Assembly: GCF_965363235.1 (NCBI RefSeq)
Contig: NC_134841.1
Location: 74,717,723-74,781,722, forward strand
DNA: 64,000 bases
From: Mytilus galloprovincialis
Lineage: Eukaryota
Direction of reading: 5' to 3'
Position 1 is the stretch's first letter. Each line of letters starts with the position of its first letter. This document shows positions 34,871-47,986 of the stretch, piece by piece. The position numbers were made by a program, and so were the translations under genes. The notes beneath the pieces were generated by a model, which saw only the letters and a program-made list of their open reading frames with translations, did not search any database and had not been told where the DNA came from.

Positions 34871-36885
34871 AGCTCACTTGACCTTTCAGGTCAGGTGAGC
34901 TAAAAATGGAAAATGTCTAGGTGCATTAAGAAGAATGATATTGGGTCAACAAATAGCAATCCAGAAACAAAAAAAATAAAGACATATGAAAGTTGATCTT
35001 TATCAATAGAGAAGTGTCTGTGTCTTATTTATTTATATTAATTTCTTGCTACAGACAAAATATAGCAATTCTTTCAATGTTCTGAAGTAAAAAAAAATTC
35101 AAAATGGCAGAGAAAACATTTAGAGACAATGAAAGAAACTAGCAAGATTGGTGATTAATTCATGGTAACATTATGCACATTATAATATATGTTAGGGTAT
35201 ACCAGTGTGTGAGTACTCAATCTTTAACCCTAGTATTCCAATACTAACAGACCAAAATAAACTACACAACAAATAGTAATACAAGTATTATCTGTGGAGC
35301 AAAAATTTAACATAATTTCAGCCTATAAAATGCTACTGTGACCTTGAACTTTGACCTGAAGGAGCATATATTGGTAAAGATCTGATTTAGGGATCTAAAG
35401 ATATTGTTCATAAACTATTTTTTTTTCTTCAAATTTGTAATGTATAGAAACCCAAGTTAACTTTACTTTTGACCTACCAATACATGAGTTAAATCAGTAA
35501 ATAGGGTTATTTTCAAAATTAGTTTAGTTATCATGGTTTCTCGTATAAATTAATAAACATATCATACTAAAAAAAATCCATAATTTAGTAGCAATTTTAG
35601 TCAACCAATTGCTGCTGTGGTATTGGCCATTCACCTGGTAACCTAACAATCAATAGGGTAGTTTTTCATCACAATTTGTATGTTACCATAAATTTTATTA
35701 AATGCACATAGGCCTGTGACCTTTAAACTTTGACCTCCTAACCCAATTGTCAATAGAAATCTTCTTCATTCTAAAGGGGCACTTTATAGATAGGCTTGAT
35801 AAAGGAGGACATAAAAGTTTGACATGTAGTACATTTAAAAGAACATTTGGAAACCAAAATTTCCCAAAATGTTGTATCTTTACTATTGTGACCTTGACCT
35901 TTGACAAAGTGACCTCAAAATCACTAAGGGCCATTCTAAATATAAAAATAAAACAATTAATACATTTACATATTATTTTTTTTGTTACAAAGTTTGGTAA
36001 ACCTATTGAACAAACCTTCAGTGCAGCAGATTTGAAGGAAATATTTTAATGTTTTCAGCAACGCTTTCAATACGAAAATACTTAACATACCACATAGCTT
36101 ATCTCGCCTGTCTCGTATTATTTGTAGTTCATTCTTCATCTTGAGTATGGAACACAACACATTTAGTTTTACCTGAAATTGGCAGATGCAACAAAAATTG
36201 CTAAAAAAGTTAAAATCGTGTTTATTTATAAATATCTACAAAAGAATATAATCTAAAGAAAATGTTGACTTACACTCACATTTCAATTCGATCTGCAAGA
36301 ATTTGAGAACTCTTTCATTATAATTATTATTTTAAAGAAATGGGTATAATATTTAAACCTTTACTTGGCTTTAGTAGTAGGATTTTTTTATGGATTTATT
36401 TTTCAATAAATTCAAATTATTCGATTCAACGAATTTCTAACATTATAAAAAAAAGATGGCTGATAATAAAATAATTTATTACAACTAGGCTAGCAAGTTC
36501 TAATTCTTACAAATTGTTAGGTACAGGTCGGTGTTTAGTTCGATATTGTCCATGAGTAGAGCGAAATTGAACTTGATTCAAATAACTTTTTACCAGTATC
36601 CACCAGAACAGTTCGAATTTCTATCACCGCCTGTATCATACCATTGGTATTCCTATTTTATCCATGCCGATAGGCTCGTAGCTCTCATGAGATCGAAACT
36701 CCAAGAAAGCTAGATCAGGAACAAGGAAATTTGGTATCATGTGTATATTTTATATTGTAAATAATCGTCTGATGGTGCTTTGGACATGAAAGAAATAAAT
36801 GATGTTCAGTTCTTATTTGATGTTAGACATATTAGAAATATAAATGTAAGACTGGATGCTGATCTTAACTAACTGTAATAGAATT

Positions 36886-37577
36886 AAGATACATTTCACA
36901 ATAATAAGAGTTGATTAACTATATTTATACACAAGACAAGCTAGGAATATAATTTTATTGCTGCACTACAAAAAAATATTAATTAATACATTTATACAAT
37001 TATATACAATACTTTTTTGGCGTACGGCTGTCTCAGCAATTTAGTGTGCATGGTCACTTTATCCAAATTTTTTGAAAAACAAATAGAAATAGTGTAGTTG
37101 TAGGCAAACTGCGGTTTGCTTGCAAACATAACTTTAAAGTAGTCAGATCGGCTGGTTAGTGCCCAGTGTCTAATCTAGTTTAAAGCTACTACAGAAACAC
37201 TATATTATGCACTATCCGCTCTCCTGGTTCCAAATCATGTGTTTGATAAGCATCTGAACTGTGATTCAGATAAGTAGCCAAAGATATAGTAGAAATCCAG
37301 AGAGAGCCGATCTGCGAAACAATTAGCATAAGCCTTTGTCTGAGATTTCTAGCCAGAAAATATTGGCAAGACTTATGCTAAAGTTAGGATGTAAGTGACC
37401 ACTGAATACCCCTAAATTTGTGATTTGAGTGAAAACTCGAAATGACCCCAAAAACAGATGTTGAAATTTTGATTAGGTCGATGTGACAGATGGACCCCAA
37501 ATTGAAGGGAGTATGAAAAATAAGATTATGATAACTAGAAGATACATTTCACAATAATAAGAGTTGATTAACTATAT
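36886..37577. repeat. About 653-bp segment bounded by a 39-bp perfect direct repeat (aagatacatttcacaataataagagttgattaactatat)
   Basis: The direct repeat sits at 36886-36924 and 37539-37577. The interior is relatively GC-rich with internal inverted repeats (gcaaactgcggtttgc; cagatcggctg...cagccgatctg). Confidence 0.6.
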
Positions 37578-37635
37578 CGAGGCAAGAGGATATTGTCAGC
37601 TCTACATGATTAAATTCTAAAAGATAAAGACATAC

Positions 37636-38160
37636 CTGTCTTTCGGTTGCTGCAGTTTTCCTTGGAATCTTTCCTTTCTTTGGAGAAGGATGCAGATGAC
37701 AAGATTCACGTGCATTCCTATGGGACACAGTAGCAGTTATTTTTGCAGATTCATTCAACCAGGTATCTACGTTGTAGGGTGGGATATATGCAGAATCCTC
37801 AGTTATTTCATAGATTGTGGATATAGGTTTATTTTTCTCTACTATAGCTGGTTGTATCAAATAACGCTTTTCTCTTTTTGAAGTACCTTCATTTTTGATG
37901 ATTTCTGCATTTTCTAACGGTTCTTTGAATATGTAAAGTGTTCTCTTCGGGCTTTTTGGTTGACAATTATTATATCTATTCTCATTCTTGTTCGAATCTC
38001 TTCTTTTCTCTGAAATACTGCTATTGCTGAATTGTTTCTGTATGATTGTTGGGTTTTCTGATAATTTTTTAAAACCGGCCGACAAGGGTGAAATGAAAGG
38101 AGTTGAAAATTTTCTTTTCTGTGATGACTGAGACGACATGAATATTCTGTAAAATTGCAA
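37636..38160 (-). CDS. Candidate first coding exon of an unknown minus-strand gene (175 aa, low complexity, Ser/Lys/Asn-rich; MQFYRIFMSSQSSQKRKFSTPF...IPRKTAATERQ)
   Basis: Longest ORF in the region (ORF track 37549..38160 minus). A strong minus-strand donor CAG|gtatgtc (plus 37629-37638) sits on a codon boundary. There is no recognisable domain, so it could be a spurious ORF. Confidence 0.25.
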
Positions 38161-38648
38161 TATAGAAATATAAAAGATAACCTGATTGATATATATTCTA
38201 GTCTTTCAGAACCGAAACGGAAGGATTTTACATTTTTCTTTAAATGCATTTTTCTTTCTTAAAAAGGCTTTTATTATAAAGTGAATCATGTAAGTTCCAA
38301 CTGAAAACTGTCTACATGATTACACCCATAAAAACGGCTCTATCATTACTTTTTGTCTGCAATCAAAAGAAAAACAAACGAGCAAGTCACCATAAAAAGA
38401 GGTTTATACTGCAATCAGCTATTTTGCTATACAGACAACAGTACCATTTTGGGGTATTTCCCTTTGAGCGTAGTCCAGGCGGTACAAAATTGACATTTTA
38501 AGGGAAAAGACAGGGAAAATGAACTCTAATTAATAACATTTGATAAATCATGGTATATAAATTACCAATTTGAAGACATAACAAGTTTAAATTCATAAAA
38601 GTTTGACCATTGACTTGTTACTATAATATAGTATAAAAACAATATACG

Positions 38649-38773
38649 TATAGTGTCTTGAAATATGAAAATTATTTGTATTCGGCACGAAACGGGAAAA
38701 TGCTCGGTAGAACCTCGCATTTCCCCCGTTTCTAAGCCTCATACAAATACATTTCATATTTCAAGACACTATA
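38649..38773. repeat. About 125-bp nested hairpin (tatagtgtcttgaaatatgaaaattatttgtat ... atacaaatacatttcatatttcaagacactata, with inner gaaacggg...cccgtttc)
   Basis: The outer 33-bp arms are reverse complements with 2 mismatches. The inner GC-rich core is also palindromic. It lies about 500 bp upstream, in minus orientation, of the candidate minus-strand ORF. Confidence 0.7.
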
Positions 38774-40739
38774 CATATATTGTCTAATTAACCTATAGCC
38801 GCACAAGTTCAAAGCGAAAGAGAACATCGTGTTTTCAAAACCCTCTTTTTTTACTTGGCATTCAAAGATGTTGGTCCGAGTGCCAAATTCATGTTAGTTT
38901 TTTTTTCGGATTCCGAACAAATTCTAAGGCTTCTAAAATACATGAAGTATTTGCTATAGTTGGCGTAGGTAAACACCAATGAATGAATTGAATCTGTCAT
39001 ACTTGATTTTGTTCATCAATATTTACAAAAAGGAAAAAGCTCAAGTGGATAAAGAAAGATGTACGATAAGGCTACATATTTGACTAATTAAATAAAGAAA
39101 ATAAAAACACAAGGAATAAGTGATTTATTCCACAACATAATCAAGATGTTGAAAGACATAGTCTATCACTCAGATATCTGTGATAATATATAATTTTGTC
39201 TTTTGTTTCTTCTAAAAAAAACTTCAAATCTCTTAATTGAAGGAAAAACTGCAACAAGTGTGCCCATTTTCAGATCTTCCAATTTAAAATCAGACAATGT
39301 TGCCCAAATAGGACTGCCAAAAAAAATTGTCTTATATATATACAAATATGTTAAAAGAACCAATATCATATCAATAAAAGACCATTTCTCATTCTAATTC
39401 GATATGTGTAAGAATTTATAACATGATGAAGGACATTTCTGTGAGACATTACCAGGCAAATCACCTTGTTAATAAATAAATCAATGAAAAATTAACATAA
39501 TTGAAAAAAAGGGCGAAATGACAATCTATGCAATTTCAGAGGGGGTAAGGAGGGGGGGGGCAAAAAATGACTCTTATTTATTACGTTTTTTACACAATGT
39601 TTGCTTTATACCACTGGGCGATATGAAACCCTCAGATAACTTATGATTATAATATAAAGATATGTGGTACGTGTACGAATGCAAATGAAACAACTATCCA
39701 TGTCATCCATCTGAGTCCAAATGAGGCGGATTTGAGCAATTATAGGTCTTCGTAAGGCCTTCTGTACATAATGAGCAAAACCCATATCTTTCCGTGGAAA
39801 CGCTTTTTTCTACCTTCTTCATGTCCCCTCGATTCAATTGTATGTCACAATTTGAAGAAAAAAAAATATTCACATCCAGCACATTGCAGCATTGCCAGCT
39901 GTCACGTAATACGGCAGCTGTATATATAATCCCTTGCGTTGCAACTTCAATTTGAATTTTTTTTTTTCTTCACATAAATCAATTTCCCCATATCAGTAAC
40001 GTATCAGTCATGGGCCGTGGCGTGGCTGGCGGGCACCAATCCCTGTAACTTGAAAAGCATTGGTTTTCCCAAGCTTAATAAAGGATATTGCATGGAAATA
40101 GGAATAAGTAAATTATTTCGTACATTTTCGAAAATATGCATCTTTTAAATTTCGAATTTAAAAAAAAAACGCATCTAAACAAATTGAGTTTAGAGGTCAG
40201 CTGAATAAAATTATTTCGTACATTTTGTACGCGGATGCGGGATGTTCTTGCTGTGTGAACCTTTTCATGCCCTTTGTTCGGGTTGTTGTCTCTTTGAAAC
40301 ATTCCCCATTTTCATTCTCTATTGTAGCTGGTTTCATTGAAAAAACTGTTACCGTTTAAAAAAAGATATCATAAAGGCGCAATCAAAAATAAATTAGTGG
40401 CAGATGCACGTATAGGGACAACAACATGGTTAAAAAGGAAATAAACAACCTACCACAAAACACTATATACAGGAAAGTAATGAAAATTAATTGTTAAAAG
40501 TCATTATTCATTTAAATTTTACAACATAGGTACATGAAAATTGGACTACCAATATGTTAGCTGACTATAATAAGGAGTCCAGGATTGCCTAAGAAATAAC
40601 GTTTTACGTGGTGACGTATAGTTTTAAATTATAGAAAAAATAAATATAATCATTCAGTCAAGCGAACATGTCTTAAATCAGAGTCATATCTAGACATGTT
40701 TATAAGTCTTTGCTTCAAGTTGTAAATTCGGTTACCATC

Positions 40740-40960
40740 CTTTTTTTAACTTCAATAGACGATGTCTTTGATTGCCGAAATCAATATTTAGAAAACTTTC
40801 AAATTATTGTGCATATGTCTGAAGTAATTTTTTTGTTTGTTCGGTTACCATCTAAAAACACCGCAAAGGACATCCTTTGTGCACAAAGGAGCACTAAGGG
40901 CCCCAAAGAAGTTTGTTAAGAGCACAAAGGACCTGAAATTCCCTTTAAAGCATATAAATA
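40740..40960. repeat. Partial head-to-tail-inverted copy of the 877-bp repeat unit
   Basis: 40740-40850 matches 41940-42045 (ttaacttcaatagacgatgtctttgattgccgaaatcaatatttagaaaactttcaaattattgtgcatatgtctgaagt). 40850-40960 is the reverse complement of 42470-42560 (contains the palindrome cctttgtgcacaaagg). Confidence 0.75.
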
Positions 40961-41939
40961 GTATTATTCCTGAAGCAAAATGTAAAAATAAATCAAACAA
41001 TTTCAATAAAAATTGCGATTTTTATAATGTACGATTTGGTGTTATCACCTGTAGCGGTTCGGAACGGACTTTATATCCGGGCTATGTTCATGTATACATG
41101 TGAATTTTTAAATAGTGATTATATAATGCAAATGAAAGAAAAAGTGAATTATTATTCTTAATATTTTGTTGTTGTAATGTTTTTTTAAGATAAGAGACTT
41201 TACCAAAACTACCAAAATTATGTAAGAATACCGATGTTTCGCTGTTTTTTTTTTTTGTCTCGTATGTCATCATCAGCTTGTTTCCTTATGTATGGTAATA
41301 TGTATTGCCATGACGAAAACGTTTCCAAAGGCACAAAGGGAACGGTATGGCAATAATTCCAAAAGTAGGAAGTTAGTTTGAATATATAGTATTCATATAT
41401 TTCAATAGACACTTTGTTTAATCAAACTTAATTCTGCAAAAACACAAAATATGTACCGAAATTTTCTTACATTGCGATTCTTAGTTGATTTAACAAAAAC
41501 GTTTCTAAGACACAAACTGGGGAACAGTATAGCATTTATTTTTAAGGTAGGGAATTGGTTTGAATTTTTCAATCCGTTTTTCAGAAAATTTATTCTGCAC
41601 AATACAAAGTATGCACCGAAATTTTTTAACTGCCGAATTATATATATTTAGATAATCTATATAAAGCAATCCCTTGTATAAAATAAGAAAAAGTTTTCAA
41701 TTTCCATAGCAATGCTGATGAAAATAAAATATGATAATTAGAAATAAAATGCTCTGATAGTAAAAATAGTTTTAAACAAACTTGAAAGAAAATATACCTG
41801 ATAGATAGACTTGACGTGTAGTTGTATTGAGATTAAATAATGTAGAATTTATATATAGTTTTGAATGTTTCAATGAAGAACTCTCTGATTTTTTATTCTT
41901 TTATAAAATTTTAAGTAAATGGTTTATATTTCTCCTTTT

Positions 41940-43700
41940 TTTAACTTCAATAGACGATGTCTTTGATTGCCGAAATCAATATTTAGAAAACTTTCAAATT
42001 ATTGTGCATATGTCTGAAGTTATTTTTTTGTTTGTTCTTAATATATTAATTAAAAACATATTGTTATTATTTTCTAAATGTCATTGTTTTAAAAGACTGT
42101 CTTTTATGTAACTAACTGTAAAGAATTTATAACAGTTTGTTTTACCCAAGAGCAATCAAGTCCTCATTAAATATTACCTATTTACTCAGTGTCGAGTTCA
42201 AATCTTGACAAACATTGTTTGCTTTATTTTTTTCGTTTTAATGTCCAGTCTGTATTTATATGTTTGTGTTTTCTCAATATTTTTCAATACATGAATGTAT
42301 AACTTAGTAAAAATAATCTTATAGAAAAGGACCGTAATCTTATGCACATCCGTACCGATTACAGACACGGTTTCGTAAATCTTCAACTAATACGAATTTA
42401 ACTCAAGTATTTAAAAAAAAATCATTTTTTCCCGTCAGAAATCCCTTTTATCCCATTTTATAAAAAAATTTCAAGTCCTTTGTGCTCTTATCAAACCTCT
42501 TTGTGGTCCTTAGTGCTCCTTTGTGCACAAAGGAGGTCCTTTGCGGTGTATTTAGAGGCCGTACCATCATAATGGTATATGCTCTTTGTACTCTGTAATC
42601 ATGATACTAGTTTTATCATTTCTTTTGTTCGGTTTATGTAGAATAGTATAATTGTATTGTTTTTGTTACTTTATCGGCTTTATGTCATGCTTGCACTAGG
42701 AAAAAAGATGACATGCTCAGATTTCAAATATTTTTGTTATTTGACATTTTTTTCCTGGAAATATAATTGTCTGTACTGTACTGCTGTTAAAATATGTGAA
42801 TATAATTCTTTTCGTATTGATCGAATCGGATGCAACGATGTCTTTGATTGCCGAAATCAATATTTAGAAAACTTTCAAATTATTGTGCATATGTCTGAAG
42901 TTATTTTTTTGTTTGTTCTTAATATATTAATTAAAAACATATTGTTATTATTTTCTAAATGTCATTGTTTTAAAAGACTGTCTTTTATGTAACTAACTGT
43001 AAAGAATTTATAACGGTTTGTTTTTCCCAAGAGCAATCAAGTCCTCATTAAATATTACCTATTAACTGTCGAGTTCAAATCTTGACAAACATTGTTTGCT
43101 TTATTTTTTTCGTTTTAATGTCCAGTCTGTATTTATATGTTTGTGTTTTCTCAATATTTTTCAATACATGAATGTATAACGTAGTAAAAATAATCTTATA
43201 GAAAAGGACCGTAATCTTATGCACATCCGTACCGATTACAGACACGGTTTCGTAAATCTTCAACTAATACGAATTTAACTCAAGTATTTTAAAAAAAATC
43301 ATTTTTTTCCCGTCAGAAATCCCTTTTATCCCATTTTATAAAAAAATTCAGGTCCTTTGTACTCTTATCAAACTTCTTTGTGGTCCTTAGTGCTCCTTTG
43401 TGCACAAAGGAGGTCCTTTGCGGTGTATTAGAGGCCGTACCATCATAATGGTATATGCTCTTTGTACTCTGTAATCATGATACTAGTTTTATCATTTCTT
43501 TTGTTCGGTTTATGTAGAATAGTATAATTGTATTGTTTTTGTCACTTTATCGGCTTTATGTCATGCTTGCACTAGGAAAAAAGATGACATGCTCAGATTT
43601 CAAATATTTTTGTTATTTGACATTTTTTTCCTGGAAATATAATTGTCTGTACTGTACTGCTGTTAAAATATGTGAATATAATTCTTTTCGTATTGATCGA
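41940..43700 (+). repeat. Tandem duplication, two copies of an about 877-bp unit
   Basis: 41940-42816 aligns near-identically with 42817-43700. Duplicated ORF-track entries 42198..42386 and 43075..43263 are identical, as are 41827..42111 and 42657..42992 over their shared part. Confidence 0.9.
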
Positions 43701-44881
43701 ATCGGATGCAACAGTTGGACAAGTTTCTACTTTTTAAATTTGAATTTCACACGCAACTATTACATGTATAAGTTTGCCATATGTTGATGTTCGTCATGAT
43801 TTTTCATATTTAATGTCGTCATCACTTTATACCATCACAAATATACATATATTATTTTCTTTTAAAATGCGACATCTCGAGTGCGACATTCACCATATAT
43901 GGGTTGTTTACTCGTATTGTATTCTGCTTCAATTAACATCTCGATTAGAGAAAAGTCACTCTACCCGTGTCTGGTTATTAACTTCTGAAATATCACCTAG
44001 CGGCGATTCGCGTATATTCCATCCGCATTTACTTCTACTTAATATACACAACATAAAAATACCGACTTAATCCAGTCAAAATACGATAAACACAATAATC
44101 AAAATGTAATTACACGCAACTACTGACTGTGTGCAAGTAATATTGCGTTTAATATATTATAATAAAGTGAGTTTTTTTGCGATAATGTTTATAATCAAGT
44201 AGTTTTAACAGTAAAAAAACACACTAATTTGAGAAATTCGTTCGAACTTCACAAATCTTTTTGTCAGCATTTCTGATATTCTTCCTAAGTCATAATAGAC
44301 ATAATAATCTTCCATCATTACCGAACTGAACAAAAAAATATCACGACGGGTGCCGTATACGGTGCAGGAAATGCTCACCCTTCCGGAGCACATGATTTCA
44401 CTCCCGGTTTTTAGTGGAGTACGTGTTGTTTCTTATTATTATTTAAAACTGTTGATGTAAATGTCCTTTGGTTTTTCGAGTCTTTGTTTACTCCCTGGTT
44501 TTGATTGTTATAGTCTCTCTAAATTCGACACGGCCCAACCACTTTCGTCCACTACACTTCCCCCTTTTTTCACTCCCATACAACTCATCATTAGCAAGTT
44601 GCTGACACAGATGTAATGATTGTTTTCAGTTGGTCACGAGAAAGGTGTGACAAAAAGATGTGTTTCATAAACAAACTTAGGACGGACGACCTCATGGAAT
44701 GACAGTTAATGCAATATAGCCCTACTTTTACGGAGGGTATAATCATTTTGTTTCTTGTAAACACCACAAAGCTTTATGTTCGATATGTTCTCGGTTTTGG
44801 TTTATATAATTCCTTCTCGGCGTTCAATTTTCCAACAAATTTCTATGTCAAAATCTGAGGCAACATTGACCGTTCCTACAT

Positions 44882-46442
44882 CAGGGATGGGGTAATCGTA
44901 ATCTGTAATCGTAATCGATTGTAATTGATTACATTTTTTCAAGTAATCGACAGTAATCTGTAATCGAAGACATTTTCGATTACATGTAATCGTAATATAA
45001 TCGATTACAGCAAAAAATTGGATGTAATCATCGATTACTTTTCGATTACATTTCGATTACTTTAGTAAAATAGCTTGATGAAAATTTACCTATTTCAGAG
45101 GAAAATATGTATGTTATCACTTTGTAGTACAGATAAAATATCATGCATCAACAATACTTGAGAGTTAAGCAACTGCCTTATTTCTTTCTATTGTCTCAAG
45201 CTGCATTATGAGCAACCAGATCCCCTACCTTTATATCTAGCTTTTGAAACAAATGAATGTATGTGCTTGTCAATAATTCAAGAGCTTTAATATTAAAACA
45301 AGAAAATAGATTTGAAATAATAAAATAGATCTTAAATAAGAAATGTGTCTGTCTTTCGTTAAGTTCTATACTACAGTTTTTAAAAGTAGTAAGCTTATTT
45401 GTATTAAATTTCCTGAAAACATCATTTTCAATCAGAGTTGAAATTAAAGCTTAGAATAGATAAGCAGTTGATTTTGTAAATGTTATGATATACATGTGTA
45501 TAAATTAAATTAAAAGAGAACACAAAATCTTTTTAACAATGAACCAATGGCAATGCATAGCAATTATTTTTAGAAATAGATACAGGTATCCCTTTGACAC
45601 TATAAATATATTTTGTATATATATAATTTGATTGAAGAACTTAACAAATTTTAACAACATTCTTGCCTTTACTAATGAGATGATCAAAGTCTTCTAATCA
45701 ATAACAAAGATACTTTGTTTTTATTTCAATTATCTTATGTTTAATTAAGAAGGAAATTTACAATATTTAGCCCCAGGTTAGAAATTGTACTCCAGTGGCA
45801 GTTAAATAATCTGTAATTAGGGTGGTTATCCAAACAAAAGGTTTAAATCATGCATGTCATAAAAATAAATTTTGATCTTAAAAATTAGCTGAACTAATTA
45901 TTCTACTTTTTTTATATTTCCTTAAACATTATAAATAACTATGCTTAAATAATTTTTTTTAAAGAGTAAAAACAAAAAAGCTAACCTAAGTAAGTAAGAA
46001 AGCTAATTTGTTGAAAAACAATTAGTTATGAATAAGTGATTATTGCAATGCGATGACATCTTTTATTTATGTTGAAAGTCAAAATTTCAAGATTTTTTAA
46101 ATATTTCTAATCTTCATCAAGAGATTTGATTTAAAAAAAACCAGCTATTAACTTATAATTGAGAAATAATGCTTTGAATGATGCATTTGGTAAAGACCTT
46201 AATTGCCACTAAACAAATGTTGAGCAATATAATTGTGTTTACTCATATTATTTTTTGTTGAAATGTTGAAGTATGTAATTGACAGTAATCGAAAAGTAAT
46301 GTAATTACTTTTGATAAAATAATTGATTGTAATCGATTACATACTTAAATTTGAGTAATCGATTATTAATCGATTGCACAAAAATCCCTCATGTAATCGA
46401 TTATTAATCGATTACATTTATCAGTAATCGTGCCCATCCCTG
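44882..46442. mobile_element. Non-autonomous hAT-superfamily DNA transposon (about 1561 bp) with an 8-bp target-site duplication
   Basis: Terminal inverted repeats CAGGGATGGGGTAATCG... (left) and ...CGTGCCCATCCCTG (right, reverse complement CAGGGATGGGCACG). These resemble Ac-type hAT termini (CAGGGATGAAA). A perfect 8-bp direct repeat TCCTACAT sits at 44874-44881 and 46443-46450. Subterminal clusters of TAATCG/CGATTA motifs lie at 44890-45070 and 46290-46430. There is no long ORF. Confidence 0.85.
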
Positions 46443-47986
46443 TCCTACATGTCATTGTCTCGTTTGAAGTTTTATGTCCAGTCACCGTCCTATTACTTAA
46501 ATGGTTTCGCACTTTTAGATATGTTCTTGCATTTGGTGACCGAATGCTTGACCCATGCACATTTAGTCGCCGAGGACATTTGACAGACAAAAAAAAAAAA
46601 AAAACGTATGAAAACCTTGTACACATGCAGTGGTATAGTTGGTCATAAACTGTTTGAGAGTTGTGTGACCATAAACTGGCCAAATTAAACAGAACTTAGC
46701 CAATGTATTATAATTTGGAGGAAGACGATTAGTATACACCCCTGTCCAGTACCAGCTAAGACATCTAATGATCTATAATGCGCATCAAGTATAGTCTACC
46801 ACCTAATATGTCCCGTCTAAAAGTCTGGTGATAATTAAAGGCAGCAGTAATTTTATAAAACATATCCAATCTCATAAATTCCGTTGATTAAGATTGATAA
46901 AGTTGAACCATTCGTCATCTAACTGACCAACATTTTGTAAGCAATTGGTAATATTAAATTGGTTAATATAAGTATTATAATTCAGATTAGTGGACTTCGC
47001 CCCCTTCACATGCAGGTAACGCCTGCCTCATATACTGAAAAATAAATAGAACACTGACTGACATAAAATTGAGAGTGAAAATCGGGAAAGTGTCAAAGAG
47101 ACAACAACCAGACCAAAGAGCAGAAAACAGCACTAGACCAACAATGGGTTTACAACACAGCGAGAGAAATAAAATGTCAGAAGAAAACATATGGTAGTGA
47201 TATAAAGTTTAAGACTGATCTCATTATCTAAATCTCAGTCCTCCACCTTAATTTTCCATTTTCCGATTGCAATCCTCCGCATTTAGAAATTGGATGATAA
47301 AGAATGGACTCGCAAACATACAACGGAAACCAGAAAAGTACAAATATACAACAAAACAAAACAAAATATGAATAATTTCGCATATTTTCGTCGGTAAATT
47401 TTAAATTACAAGTTTTTAATTATTTTTTAATTGCTGTTAATTCGTATTTGTATTGTTTTAATTGTTTTTTTTTATGTTATGGTTTGAAAAATCTTAACAC
47501 TTGAACCCTTTTTTGGCTCCACCTATTTGATATCTGCCACTCCTTTTGTGCGAGCAGACGGCATCCTTGTATTTTGTTGAAGATGCTTTCATTATTTAAA
47601 CATATTGTTTTTTAAATTACTATAAGCCAAATAATCTCAGATTGAAACTTCCTTACCAATATTTTCCAGTGCTGTCAGAAAAAATCAGCAAAAACTCTAC
47701 GGACAAAAGTATTGTCAACTTTGAACTTTCACCTGCATACGGTAAAATCTCTGACGTCATTGAAATATGTGTGGAGTAACCGCTCCGTTTACGACTAGTA
47801 CATTCATAATCAAAATCATGTTATGAAAACAAGGACCAACACAGTGAGAGACAAATCATTGGAAGTGTTTATAAAACTGTGTAATTTTATTGTTTTAGAT
47901 GTGGATGAAACAACATTTTTAATTCAACTATTGTGATTTTTTATTAGAAGTACGTGACGTATGTCAGCTGTTGACTTTTGAAGGAT

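Noticed and set aside
35698-36160. Overlapping ORFs 35698..35934 (minus), 35747..36049 (plus) and 35966..36160 (minus)
   Set aside because: Mutually overlapping on both strands, AT-rich, and coincident with the TGACCT motif repeats; there is no splice or domain support.
42198-43263. Identical 62-aa minus ORFs (42198..42386 and 43075..43263) and plus ORFs with DVFDCRNQYLENFQIIVHMSEVIFLF
   Set aside because: These are consequences of the 877-bp tandem duplication and the dispersed head motif. They are AT-rich, with no domain signal and no splice context.
47978-47986. ORF-track start at 47978 (MKDMGE…)
   Set aside because: The codon at 47978 is TTG, not ATG, so the ORF tool allows alternative starts. 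The first ATG in frame is 47987. The upstream ATG at 47961 runs into TGA after 6 codons.
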